A stretch of 64,000 bases of DNA, from the NCBI GenBank assembly GCA_964016885.1, contig CAXHJY010001015.1, positions 4,156 through 68,155 on the forward strand, given 5' to 3'. A program made the translations under genes and the position numbers. Of this stretch, positions 30,721-46,194 are shown in pieces. The notes beneath the pieces are model-generated. The model was not told the DNA's origin and ran no database searches. It worked only from the letters and a program-made list of their open reading frames with translations. The DNA is from Eledone cirrhosa. Its lineage: Eukaryota. The number at the start of each line of letters is the position of its first letter. The stretch's first letter is position 1.

Positions 30721-30811
30721 TATACGTTGGAAGAGTCATGTTGCCAATATGAAACACACGCACCAGTGGTGCGTGTGTTTCTTATTGGCAACATGACCCT
30801 CCTAAAGTATA
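30721..30811. mobile_element. ~90-bp palindromic MITE-like element
   Basis: gtcatgttgccaata-t-gaaacacacgcacca-G-tggtgcgtgtgtttc-t-tattggcaacatgac; imperfect pairing extends out to TATA ends. A related half (ttattggcaacatgaccc) lies at 4184-4201. Confidence 0.7.
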
Positions 30812-30872
30812 ACAATATCGGTTTCAACACACGTTTTCAGATAAATAATCTTGCTAAACAAATTCAGAAACG

Positions 30873-30916
<44 letters not shown>

Positions 30917-31134
30917 GTGTGTGTATGCTTACGATTTCTTGTACATTTTTACGTCAGTATGAGAATATAAATGAATCTAAGGCAACAATGTAAGTCATGA
31001 CTATCAACACCATAATCAGCACCACCACCTCCGCCACTTATCTTCCCTCCCTCATTCATCCATCTTTACTCAGGTCTCGTAGTTAATTCAGGCTCAGTTT
31101 GACTTAAAGAATGCTGCCGACTCTCATCTACAAA

Positions 31135-31209
<75 letters not shown>

Positions 31210-31285
31210 TTATATATTTACACTCACACAAACATATATATACTTACATGCATATATATATATGTATACATATGTATAATGAATG

Positions 31286-31372
<87 letters not shown>

Positions 31373-31654
31373 TATATATATATATATATATGTAAATATA
31401 TATATATTATATATATAAATATATATATGTAAATATAAATATATATATATATATATATAAATATATATATATGTAAATATATATATAAATATATATATAT
31501 GTAAATATATATATAAATATATATATATGTAATATATATATATATATATATATATATGTGTATATATATGTAAATATATATATATATATGTATATATATG
31601 TAAATATATATATATATATATATGTAAATATATATATGTAAATATATATATATG

Positions 31655-31699
<45 letters not shown>

Positions 31700-32304
31700 C
31701 CATTTATTTACGCAAACACACACACAGACATATATATGTATATACGTATATTATGTAAAAAAGGAGGGTCAATCACCAATGACCTTTGAAGGTCATGCCA
31801 AAATGATAAGATTGATATTCTTCATTCTGAACATCTGTGGGGTGACATCGCCTTTAAGAAGAAAATGAATAAATAAATATCCTCTATACAGCGGAAATTC
31901 CAGTGGGAGGCAAGTGTAAGAACGTGGAGTAAGGATTGGGTAAATATTTTAGTGCAAAATCTATGGCTGACACACAAGTAATATAGACGGTTGTTCGGTG
32001 GAGTGGGTTATGTAACTTGTTTGTTCCGTGAAGCAAATAACGTTGTAGTAGTGACAGAAGCAACAGAGAGTGGACACAACATATCAATACTCCAGCTACT
32101 ACCATTCAAGATAAAGGTTCTTTTTTATTAATTTCGTTTAAGATGTTTGTACACACACACAAACACACACAGACACACATTAAATTTGAGCCAATATAAT
32201 TTCTTAACTCCAGAAACTATGCTTGTGGACAATATATGCGTAAAACTGACTTATTTCATTTTTATATTTTATTTTCTTATTGGGTTTAATAATAGACAAA
32301 TAAC

Positions 32305-32441
<137 letters not shown>

Positions 32442-32516
32442 GAGGAAGTTATATACCATTTCCTGTCAGCATGACTTGGCAAGCTATTTAGAACACTGGT
32501 TTAACCGCTTTACTTC

Positions 32517-32551
32517 CCTCTGAAGAAGAGATATTATCTCGAAAATTAAGG
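32517..32551 (+). ncRNA. Minimal type-I hammerhead ribozyme fold
   Basis: CCT-CTGAAGA-a-GAGAT att ATCTC-GAA-AATT-A-AGG: 3-bp stem I, 5-bp stem II, palindromic minimal stem III, triplet UUA. Confidence 0.6.
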
Positions 32552-32803
32552 ACACTTAAATAAATCTAAGGTAAAAGACTAATTGTCAACAATATCTTTT
32601 GCATTTGCATTCTTTATTCTATGTCCATACCTGCATTGTTTAGGTTTATTATACATATACAAACGTTTATATATATATAAGTTTATCCCGAGTTCAATCG
32701 GGGGTAACTACAGTAATGTACTTTATACATAGAGTATAAAGATTTGATGATTTCTCCCGAATGAAACAGTTCTAGTCCTGTATAAGCCATTTCTATATTA
32801 TAT

Positions 32804-32852
<49 letters not shown>

Positions 32853-33028
32853 CTGCTTTCATAAATTGTTGGCTTAGACTTTTAATTTGTGCTAATAATA
32901 TATATGTATATACATATGTATATCTGAATGTATATGTAAATACGTATCTGTCCGTCTGTCCGTCTGCATGTTTGTCTGTTTGCCCGTCTGTATATATCCA
33001 TTATATGTATTGTCTACTGTAAGAGATA

Positions 33029-33868
33029 TACTCTCGTGTCTCGAATAATCGCCCCCTCCGCTTATTAAATTTTACTAATCTATCTCCGACGAAATTATAT
33101 TTGAAGTGATAACATTCCTGCGATAATTAATCTTCTTTAGACATTAAAAAAAAAACATTATACATGACAAAAAAGTACAATACTAGAAAACCCATGCGTT
33201 ATAAAATAAATAGGATGGGTTGGGGTCTCAATATGTAAACTAAACGACTAATTCTGAGTTTTTAAAAAATCAACGAAGGCTTCTTTTCTTCGCCCACATG
33301 TTCTTGAGAGGGTCGTGGGCGCAGAGTCCTCAAACACTCCCTCCAACGGGTCCTATCAGAAGTAACCGTCTCCAACCGATCCGGCTGGATACCCTAGTAA
33401 GACCAGCCAAGTTAATGGATGTTATCCAACCATCTTGCTCGGGGTCTACCCCTGGCTCTCCTACCTGTTGGTTTCGCCCGTAAAATCTGTCCAGTGGTTC
33501 TTTTCTGAGACATTCTAACCACATGTCCACAGTATCGGAGCTCTGATTTCTCAATTCGGAGATTCTTTCCTGGGACATTCTAACCACATGCCCATAGTAT
33601 AGTAGCTGTCATTCCTCAATTCGGAGATTCTTTCCTGAGACATTCTAACCACATGCCCATAGTAACGGAGCTATGATATCTCAATTCGGAGATTCTTTCC
33701 TGAGACATTCTAACCACATGCCCGTAGTATCGGAGCTGTGATCTCTCAATTCGGAGGCAACATAGAAAAATTACCGATTCTCCAGCACCCTCCTATTCCA
33801 ACCTTTTTATTTATTCCATCCCAGCGCCGCTTATTCCACCCCCTCCTATTATTTGGGACCCAAGATTA
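33029..33868. mobile_element. TIR DNA transposon remnant hosting an RTE insertion
   Basis: The left end tactctcgtgtctcgaataat matches the reverse complement of the right end (taatcttgggtcccaaataat) at 16/21 positions, with TA ends. Confidence 0.5.
33279..33762 (-). mobile_element. RTE-clade LINE 3' fragment with a 4x 65-bp tandem repeat at its truncated 5' end
   Basis: Minus translation LRIEKSELRYCGHVVRMSQKRTTGQILRAKPTGRRARGRPRARWLDNIH*...SDRTRWRECL. The anchor cattctaacc occurs at 33511, 33576, 33641 and 33706. Confidence 0.85.
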
Positions 33869-34948
33869 ACATGCTATGAGGTGGATATTGGATGAATGCA
33901 GTATCGAAACTGGGGATACACAACCTGTAGGGTTTGTTTAAATGAAATTTGGTCCTGGTGGGAGAGTTATATGTAATTGGTGTAAAGGGATCTGTTTGTT
34001 GTGAAAGAATGTCTTAGTGGGGACTGTGGAGTAGGGGTTGGGGAATTCTATGGGTGTGGTAGATAGTCATATATAGTGAGATGACACTGCAACGTGTCAA
34101 TATCTTTAAATTGTCTCCAGGGAACCAGCTAGGACGCCGCTATAATGAGGCTTTCCAAGATGGCGTCTATTTTGGTTGTTGTTGTTGTTGATGTTGATGA
34201 TGTGGTTGTTGTCGTTGGTGTTGTCAGTGATGTTGATCTTGTTGATGGTGTTGATGATGTAGATGATGTTGTTGATGCCAGTGATGTTGATGATGTCGTT
34301 ATTGATGTTGAAGATGATGTTGTTGTTGTTGTTGGTGGTGAAGTCAGTGATGCTGCTGATGATGATGTCAGTGATGATGTTGTTGATGAGGATGATGATG
34401 TTGTTGTTGTTGTTGATGTCAGTGACGTTTTTGTTGTTGATGATGATTTTGTGCTTGTCTCTTCGCTCTAGTTACTATTGCTGCCATGATCCGGCTGCTG
34501 TTTCTTACGATGATGATGATGATGATGATGATAGTGATATTGATGATGATGATGATCGATTATAACAGACCCACCGCTCCTCCTCCTGCTCCCAATAACC
34601 ACCACCACCACCATCACCACCACCATCATCATCATCATCATCATCATCATCATTGTGTCCTTAATGGACAAAGATAATGCTCATTTCTCTCAAAGATAGA
34701 AACATATATAATTATGATTGGTGTTGTTGCTATTGTTGACTGCTGCTGCTGCTGCTGCTGCTGCTGTCTACAAGCATACAAGAAACACACAGACAGACAG
34801 ACAAACATACACTTAGACAGACATACAGATGCTCAGAGAGACAGACAGATAGACAAAGTCACAGACAGACAAATAGATATTCAGAGAGACAGACAGACAA
34901 AAAGATACTCAGAGAGACAAACAGACTGGCACTCAGACAGACAAAGAC

Positions 34949-35003
<55 letters not shown>

Positions 35004-35162
35004 GCAACAGCAGCAGCAGCAAAAGTGTTTAATAAAGAGAGACAAACGAGAGAAACTGAAGTGAGGATGTGTTTTACAACAACAATACCCAGGAGGGTAA
35101 TTTTACTTGTTTTGACAAATCGTCAACCTGTCATATCAGAAGGCTGTGTGTGTATGCGTGTG

Positions 35163-35194
<32 letters not shown>

Positions 35195-35281
35195 TGTGCG
35201 TGTTGTATATGTATGTGTACGAGTATGTGTGTGTAAATATCTATATATGAAGGTATATGTGTGTGTTGTATAAGTATGTGT

Positions 35282-35330
<49 letters not shown>

Positions 35331-35770
35331 GATATATATATGAAATGTGTGTGAGTGTGTGTATGTGCGTGTTCTATGTGTATAAGTGTGCGTATGTGTG
35401 TTTATATATATATGTGTGCCTCTGGGGTGGAAATTTTCGTTCTGTTTCAGACGTTTACTAGAGTCCTCTGTGGGTTAATGTTACAAAACCACCACCACCA
35501 CCACCACCACATCTAGTAGCAGCAACCACATCACTTGGTATACTCCTCTCATACTAACCCCTTCTGCACCACACAACAACAGCAACAACAACAACAACAA
35601 CTCCACTATCGCCACCACCACCCCCAGCACCGCCAGAACTACTACCGTCAATCCAACATCAAAATCAACACGACTATTAACATCAGCATCACTACTATCA
35701 TCACCACCACTATAACTCTGTCTATATCTATCTATCTATCTATATGTATATAAGGAGAGAGAAAGATAGA

Positions 35771-35812
<42 letters not shown>

Positions 35813-35926
35813 AATATAATACGTATTATAAATACATACATATACACAGACATATACACACATTTACAAACACTCATACATACACAGACACATACGCAAT
35901 CACACACATATATACGTATATATGTA

Positions 35927-36031
<105 letters not shown>

Positions 36032-36379
36032 GTAATAGATAACAAAAAAAAATAGACATAAGCGAATATAATAGTGTATATAGGCATATGTAGACATATA
36101 TACATATATACATAGAGAGAGAGAGATTGATAGAGATATGTAGATAAATAGACGTGTAGATATATAGAGATACACATATACGTATGTAGACATATAGAGA
36201 TACACATATAGATATATAGACATATATACATACATACAGATATCGCTCTGGTCTATAGACAAGAAGCCAGATCTCATTCGCTTGCCGTGCTGGGTACACT
36301 TCATCAAATCGGACCAAGGAAACAATGTTTCCATTGGTCTTTCCAATCCTGATACTATCTACCGGTTGCAGCTCCTGGC

Positions 36380-36480
36380 AGAAGGAGCAACGTGATATAA
36401 AGTATCTTGTTCAAGGATACAACGTATCACCTAGTCCGAAAATTGAATTCGCAACGTCCCGATTAAGCCATGCACCTTCA
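36380..36480 (-). mobile_element. SINE head fragment (family of 5042-5318)
   Basis: Minus strand reads gaaggtgcatggcttaat...gttgtatccttgaacaagatactttatatcacgttgctcc. Confidence 0.6.
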
Positions 36481-36483
36481 TGC

Positions 36484-37139
36484 ATATAGATATATAGACA
36501 TATAGATATATAGAGATATAGACATATAGATATATAGACATGTAGATATATAGACATATAGGCATATAGATATATAGAGATATAGACATATAGAGATATA
36601 GACATATAGATATATAGATATATAGACATATAGACATATAGATATATTGACATATACATATATAGATATATAAATATATAGAGATATAGACATATAGATA
36701 TATAGACATATAGATATATAGATATATAGACATATAGATATATAGATATATAGACATATAGATATATAAATATATAGACATATAGATATATAGATATATA
36801 GAGATATAGACATATAGACATGTAGATATATAGACATATAGAGATATAGATATATAGAGATATAGACATATAGATATATAGATATATAGATATATAGACA
36901 TATAGATATATAGAGATATAGATATATAGACATATAGATATATAGATATATATACATATAGGCATATAGATATATAGATATATAGATATATAGACATATA
37001 GACATATAGATATATAGACATATAGATATATAGACATATAGATATATAGATATATAGATATATAGACATATAGGCATCTAGATATATAGATTTATAGACA
37101 TATATATATATAGACATATAGATATATAGATATATAGAC

Positions 37140-37142
<3 letters not shown>
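36484..37142. repeat. 8-bp-unit satellite (GATATATA / GACATATA / GAGATATA)
   Basis: About 650 bp of in-phase 8-mer variants. Confidence 0.9.
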
Positions 37143-37177
<35 letters not shown>

Positions 37178-37667
37178 GGCGTCTAATATTGCAGTGTAAT
37201 CTGGCTTCCTTATTCCTAGTGTTGTATTCTTTATATTCATTGAATGAAACAATCAATAGATTGACGGATTATAGGATTAATAGAATTTATATCACGAACT
37301 ACACAGGCGAGAATAATTAGTAAGTATATAGACACGAGAATGAATGCACCAAACGTACATAAAATACCTCACCACCACCACCAACACATACACCACCATC
37401 ATCATCACTGCATACACCAATACAGACCAACACAGACACGTACTCAAATTAATATAGACCCACGCATCAATATAGATATATACTCCCCAATATAGATATT
37501 TACAGAGAGACACATATATATATACCAACATATTCACTCATATATTCAAAAGATATGTAATTTACACTATTATATATACATATTACATACATAGATAAAT
37601 ATGTGCATACGTCAATGCACATAATTATGTATGTATTATGGATGTATGTATGCAACATTCATGTAAA

Positions 37668-37731
<64 letters not shown>

Positions 37732-37854
37732 CATACATATATATATATACATATATATCTATATATCTATACACATATATATATATATATATATATACAC
37801 ATACATATATATATATATATACATATATATATCTATATCTATACACATATATAT

Positions 37855-37905
<51 letters not shown>

Positions 37906-37994
37906 TATATACATACATAAATATATAAATATATGCAAACATATATGTATGTGTATATATATATATATATATATAAATACTCACACACACACAG

Positions 37995-38025
<31 letters not shown>

Positions 38026-38044
38026 CACACACACGCACGCACAT

Positions 38045-38098
<54 letters not shown>

Positions 38099-38327
38099 GA
38101 ATATCGTCAGTATCTCCTCTCATCTAGCTAAATTAGCCTTCATCTGTGTTGTATGATTGTCTAATGTATCTATTATATATACACCATCACATTAATATTC
38201 ACCCTACATTCAATACAGACCTTAAACAATACATTCTATAGCCATTGTAATATAGACTTATTAAATTATTCTCATTGTCTATCTATCTAACTATCAGTCC
38301 ATCCAACTATTTTCCTCTTTGTGTATG

Positions 38328-38417
<90 letters not shown>

Positions 38418-38572
38418 AAAATATCTACATCTCTCTCTCCGTGTATATAGGGATATCTATGTGTATATAAATATATATACACGCGCACATATGTATATAG
38501 ATATAATATAAGATATTTATATCTATATCTATCTATCTATCTATTTATCTCTCTCTCTCTATATATATATAT

Positions 38573-38615
<43 letters not shown>

Positions 38616-38641
38616 TTTACACATACACCAATTACTCTATA

Positions 38642-38699
<58 letters not shown>

Positions 38700-38705
38700 A
38701 TAAAG

Positions 38706-38765
<60 letters not shown>

Positions 38766-38801
38766 ATAAAGATATATATATATATATATATATTTGTATA
38801 A

Positions 38802-38841
<40 letters not shown>

Positions 38842-38932
38842 GAAATACCTTTTCTAAAAGGTGACACAGATCGAATCAAGGCCTTTGCGATAGTGAAACA
38901 AACTTCTGAACTATTGGCTGTCTCTGAATCTG

Positions 38933-39014
<82 letters not shown>

Positions 39015-39016
39015 AT

Positions 39017-39096
39017 GTCACGTTTTTATTGTATATAAACTTCACCCTTTTGTATTTGTCCTCTTCTTTTGCGCCCCTGTGGCTAATAAAGAAACA
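39017..39096 (+). mobile_element. L1/Tx1-like LINE extreme 3' UTR, copy 3, in (TATC)n
   Basis: cacgtttttattgtatataaactt...gcccctgtggctaataaagaaaca lies between two TATC runs. Confidence 0.75.
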
Positions 39097-39188
39097 TATC
39101 TATCTATCTGTCTGCCTTTATATCTGCCCCTCTCTCTCTCTCTCTGTCTGTCCATCTATATATCTATCTATGTGTATATATGTATGCA

Positions 39189-39238
<50 letters not shown>

Positions 39239-40648
39239 TGTGTGTAGATGCTTACTGGATGTCATTAACAACATATTATTCAAACATCAACTCCCCCCCC
39301 CACACACACACAAACTTACATACACATACACGACACAGAATTAGATAAATAAACTTAATACATGCACAAACAACCACATACAAACATGCACGTACGCAAA
39401 GACACACACACACAGACACACAAAGTGAGAGAGAGAGAATGAGAGAGAGAGAGATAAACCTCTTCTCTATATACGTATTTCTGATGAACGCAAATCACAG
39501 GAACCTTTTTTTTTATCATTAAGACTGAGAATTTCAGCAGTATTTCACCTCAACCTTTTCTTTCCTCCACCACTTTATGTCAACACAAGAAATCAAATTT
39601 AAGTATGAAATGCACAATAAAAAATAAAAATATACCCAAAGAACGACATAAATTTCTAGCGATCCATTCAGGCTCACCCTGGCCCTCAGCCCCATTCACC
39701 TCGCTATATAAGATACATAAAAACAGACGTATTACGAAACGTATTGTACATATAAGGGAAAGCATTTAGCTATAATCAGTAGAATTTAAGAAAATATTTA
39801 AAATGTATATAAGTATGTGTGTGTCAACATAAAATTTAATAACTATTACATGAGAACGATATGGTGGATAAAGATATATAAAAGATAGATAAGTAAATAA
39901 TAATAATAATAATGTTATTATTATTATCATTGTCTTCATTATTATTGTTATTATTATTATATTAACTAAATAAACAAATGGAAGTTCATGTATTATTGAA
40001 AAGTGTCATTTTTGTCTTAAAACTTTACTCCTCCCCATAACATACAGCCACACACACACATACACACACTCACACACACTCACACACACATACACACACT
40101 CACACACTACACGCACACACTTAAGCAAACAACACTGTAAGGTTTTCATTGCCTCAAATTGTGTAAACGCTTCTCATACAACGGAAGTTAACATGTCAGT
40201 TAAAATGGCGAATGACTGCCGCTCTTTTGTGTAACCTTTTCCTATCTTCGCCGCCATTTTAAACTTGTTAAAGAAATACCCTCCTCTTTATTTCATCATT
40301 ATTTCTTTACATTTCTTTATTGATTATTTGTATATTTTTGTTGGGGTTTTTTTAACTGTTTTATTTTTAGTAATGTTTTAGATATATTTTGCTTCTTATT
40401 TTAAGTTTAAAAAAATTGTATTGGTTTTAACTTCATTTATTTCTGTGCCTGCATCTCTGGCTCTGTTTTAATATCTCTCTTTCTCTTTCCCCTTAGCTTT
40501 TTTCACACATACATACACACACATTCAATCGTACACACACACACACAGCCATTATATATATATATATATAAATACATATATATGTATATTTATATATACA
40601 TATATATGTGTGTATATATATATATATATGTGTGTATATATATATATG

Positions 40649-40680
<32 letters not shown>

Positions 40681-40772
40681 TATACATATGTATAAATATA
40701 TATATATGTATATATATATGTATATATATATATATACATATGTATAAATATATATATATATATGTATATATG

Positions 40773-40870
<98 letters not shown>

Positions 40871-41376
40871 TACAAATGCACACATACATGTATATACATA
40901 CTTATCTAAACACGCGAACATACATTCATGCCTGCATATGCATATATATATATATACACTGCATATATATATATATACACGCACACACACGCACACATAT
41001 ATATGTATATATAGTTCTTGTGTGTTTTCTTTGAGTGTCTGGCGCTGATATTTCACAATTGAGAGGATATCGAATCCAAACAAACGGGATCGATGGTTCA
41101 CCCCACCTCATCCCACATCCCTTGCTCCTACAACTTCCTTGCTCCTCGGCCCACACCCTCTCTCTCTCTCTTTCTCCAAAACACACACCACCACGCACCT
41201 ACCACACTACACATACATGGATTTCAATGTAGCCCTCTCCGCCTGTGTCTCTCTATCTCTCCCTCTTTGCACACTAACAAACACCCAGCTCCCCCACCAC
41301 TATGCCACCCCTCACCACCCACTACACGTACATGGAGTACAATACAGCTGCAGCCATGCATTCAAACAGAGATGCA

Positions 41377-41435
<59 letters not shown>

Positions 41436-41589
41436 TATATATATATATATAGAGAGAGAGTGAGGACAAGATAGGTGTATATATATCTATATATATATAC
41501 ATTACATGTACATATATATGTATATATATATCTATCTATATATATATAGCATATATATATATATATCACACACACATATATATATATAT

Positions 41590-41634
<45 letters not shown>

Positions 41635-41635
41635 C

Positions 41636-41728
<93 letters not shown>

Positions 41729-41821
41729 TATATATATAAATAAATATATATATATATATATATACATATATATATGTATATTACATGTATATATATATAT
41801 TACATGCATATATATATATAT

Positions 41822-41919
<98 letters not shown>

Positions 41920-41942
41920 TACATGTATATATATATATTACA

Positions 41943-41996
<54 letters not shown>

Positions 41997-42376
41997 GAGA
42001 GAAAGAGAGGGAGAGAGAGAGAGAACAGGAGATCTAGCTGCATGTTTGTTTAAAATCATCTCCTTATTATTGGGTCAATCTCATTAATGAATTTATTAAG
42101 ACGTTAGAAAATGGCGTGAAAATCAACATGGAATTTCACACACACACTCAGACACATACATACCTACCTATACATACACACATATGCACATCTACACATA
42201 AACACCTGCACATACATACTTATTTACACACACTCACACATGCACACCTACCTACATACACACCTACACAGTCAGATACAACTCATAGACACACAGACGC
42301 ACACATATATATATGTATATATATATAAACGTTCATTATATGAATGCTCCTGTTTATAGGTATATACACATACGTG

Positions 42377-42428
<52 letters not shown>

Positions 42429-42652
42429 TATACACACACATATGTATGTATATATATATATATATAGATATATATACATACATATGTATGTATATATATA
42501 GAGAGATATATACATACATATGTATGTATATATATAGATATATATATTGATATATATACATACATATGTATGTATATATATCTATATGTATATATATATA
42601 CATATATATACATATGTATATATATATAGATATATATACATACATATGTATG

Positions 42653-42690
<38 letters not shown>

Positions 42691-42697
42691 TATACAT

Positions 42698-42728
<31 letters not shown>

Positions 42729-42765
42729 CATACATACATACATATATATATATACATACATACAT

Positions 42766-42796
<31 letters not shown>

Positions 42797-42835
42797 CATA
42801 CATACATACATACATATATAGATATATATATATAT

Positions 42836-42923
<88 letters not shown>

Positions 42924-44214
42924 CAGTTTGTGTGTGTATGTGTATAATCTTACACACGTTCATGTGTATACTATATACATATACACACACATACAGCTAC
43001 ACATCCATCTACCCTTTACACCCTACTACCTCTTCGTCATCATTTCCTCAAATACTGCAACAACAACAACAACTAAATGACCAACAACAACAACACTAGC
43101 ACACAACTGTAATATCATCTACAATATCACCATTACAACTCCATTACAACATCACAACAACCAGGTTTACTAAAATACCACCAATACCAGCACCACTACC
43201 ACCATTACAAGCACCACTACCAACACCACCACCACTACCAGCACCGCTACCACCACTACCACCACCACCACCACTACCAGCACCGCTACCACCACTACCA
43301 CCACCAACACCACCACCACTACCAGCACCACTACCACCACTACCACCAACACTACCATCACGACCACTACCACCACTACGACCACCAATATCAGCACCAC
43401 TACCACCACTACCAGCACCACTACCAACACCACCACCACTACCAGCACCGCTACCACCACTACCACCAACACTACCACCACTACGACAGTCATTCTATAT
43501 TGATTGTGTGGGAATCTTTCAATCTGTTCAAAAGATTAGTTGAATGACAACTGTGATGTACTGAATGGTTTAGTGGTGGTGGTGGTGGTTGTGGTAGTGG
43601 TGGTGGTGGTGATGGTGGTGGTGGTGGTGTTGTTGTTGTTGGTGGTGGTAGTAGAGGCGCTGGTTGTAGTGGTGTTGGTGGTGATGGTGGCGGTGGTGTT
43701 GTTGGTGGTGCTAGTGGTGATGGAGTGTTGGTGGAGGTAAATGGTGACTGTAGTGGCGATGTTGGTGGTGATGGTGGTGACTGTGGTGGTGATAAGGTTG
43801 CTGGTAGTGATGATGATGATGGTGGTGGTGTGGTGGTGGAGGTGTTGCTATTGGAAGAGATCGTGATGGTAGAGGTGATCATGATGATAATGGTGATGAT
43901 AATGGTGATGGTGATGATTGACTTGGGAGTGGTGGTAGTGATGGTACTGATAGTGGTTGTTGCGACAATGATGATGACGATGATGATGATATTGATGACG
44001 ATGAACGTGGTGATAGCATTATTGAAAATAATGGACCTTTTGATGACGACGACGATGATGATTATGGTGATTATCAAGATGGCGGCTGCTCTTATGTTTC
44101 CCCATCAATAAAATTGACCAGTTCTTGTCAACATCCAATAGTCCGGCTACTGACCAGGGCCACATCACCCTATTTGGTTCCGCTATTCACACGGCACTAC
44201 AGACATATTTTCAC

Positions 44215-44296
<82 letters not shown>

Positions 44297-44401
44297 AATA
44301 TAAAAAAATATAAATGTATATGTATTTACATACATACATACACACACACATACACACACACACATATATATATATATACACATATGTATGTATATATAGA
44401 T

Positions 44402-44466
<65 letters not shown>

Positions 44467-44571
44467 CATACATTTATAAGTATTCTAGTGTCATTTTCTC
44501 GTTCAATTTCTTATTGTTGTTGTTCTTGTTATTGGTGTAGTAGCAGTAGTAGTAGTAGTAACAGCAACATT

Positions 44572-44603
<32 letters not shown>

Positions 44604-45161
44604 TAGTTTCCCTGTCATTGTCGCGGCCATGTTGTAAATGTGGTTGTTATTTTTGTTGTTTTGCAACATTCAATTATAATCGCCATCATCATCATCATCA
44701 TCATCACCACCATCACCACCATCATCACAATCATCATCATCTTTGCCATCATTATCATCCACATCATCATCATAATTATCACCATCATCATCATCGTTGT
44801 TTTTCTAATTGTTATTGTTGCTGTTGTTGTTGTATAGGTATTGTTGTCTGTATTTACCCCCTTTATGTTATATATGTTTTATTTTTCCTTCTCACGTCCC
44901 GAGGAGAGATGTTGAGATGTGAGACGGAAGACAGAGCTGGAGGAGGAGAGAAGAGAGACAGAAAGGGTGGGAAAGAAGAGGAGAGAGAGAGTGAAAGAGA
45001 AAGGGAGAGAGAGAGGAGGGAGAAAGACAGAGAGAGAGAGATGCATTCATTGACAGTGATGTGCAGTATATTTTGTGCATGCTTCAATGCAGAGCGTTTT
45101 TGCAACTTATTTTGTTTCACTAGTTATACATGATTATATATATATATACGTGTATATATAT

Positions 45162-45212
<51 letters not shown>

Positions 45213-45584
45213 TATACATATATATATATAGCCAGTGTAGTATGAGAAAGAATGCACATGATATTAAAAAAACGACACACACACATATATATATACATAC
45301 ACACACACATACGCACACACACGTATATATATACGTATATATATATATATATATATGTATGTGAATATGAACAAAAAGTACAACCGAAAAAAAAGAAGAA
45401 AAATGCCCAAATTAGAATATATATAAGCACAATGAATATAGTCATCTGAGTATTTCTTCATGTCACTCATTGTACACACACATATATACATATGTATTCA
45501 TTAAACGCACACACACACACATGTATATATAAATATATATCTGCATATATATATATATATATATGTGCATATATATATATATGC

Positions 45585-45615
<31 letters not shown>

Positions 45616-45646
45616 TAAATATATATATATACATATATAAATCTAT

Positions 45647-45688
<42 letters not shown>

Positions 45689-46151
45689 GTATAAATATAT
45701 ACACTCACCAATTCTATATCAGTAGATATAGATGTCAATTATTTGTCAATTATTTGTTGTGTACATTTTTTTCTCCCAGTAATAGATTTCCCCGATTTCC
45801 ATATCATTTCCCATCATCTTAACCATCACCATCATTATTCTCATCACCACCATTATCATCATCATCATCATGAACATAAGCTTTTTTTTTTCATGTGTTT
45901 CATCTAAACAATTATTAATATGTCTATTGTTGCCTATCGAGAAGTACTATTGTTGTTTGTGGTGGCCATGGCTCCTTTGATGGTGATGATGACGTTGATG
46001 ATGATGTTGAAGATAATGACAACGAGGATGATGACGATAATGACGATGATGATGACGATATTAACTTCAAATATGCTGCGCTGTTAATAAATTGGATAAA
46101 AGCTGTTAATTTATTGAGTGAGTGAGAAAAATGTAAGAGCAATCAAACACA

Positions 46152-46194
<43 letters not shown>

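Noticed and set aside
33498-33757. Regularly spaced repeats resembling a CRISPR array (also 50905-51675)
   Set aside because: The intervening sequences are homologous rather than unique spacers. Units derive from RTE or SINE sequence, the context is eukaryotic and there are no cas genes.
39481-39510. CTGATGA core
   Set aside because: No stem II, GAAA or closing stem I.
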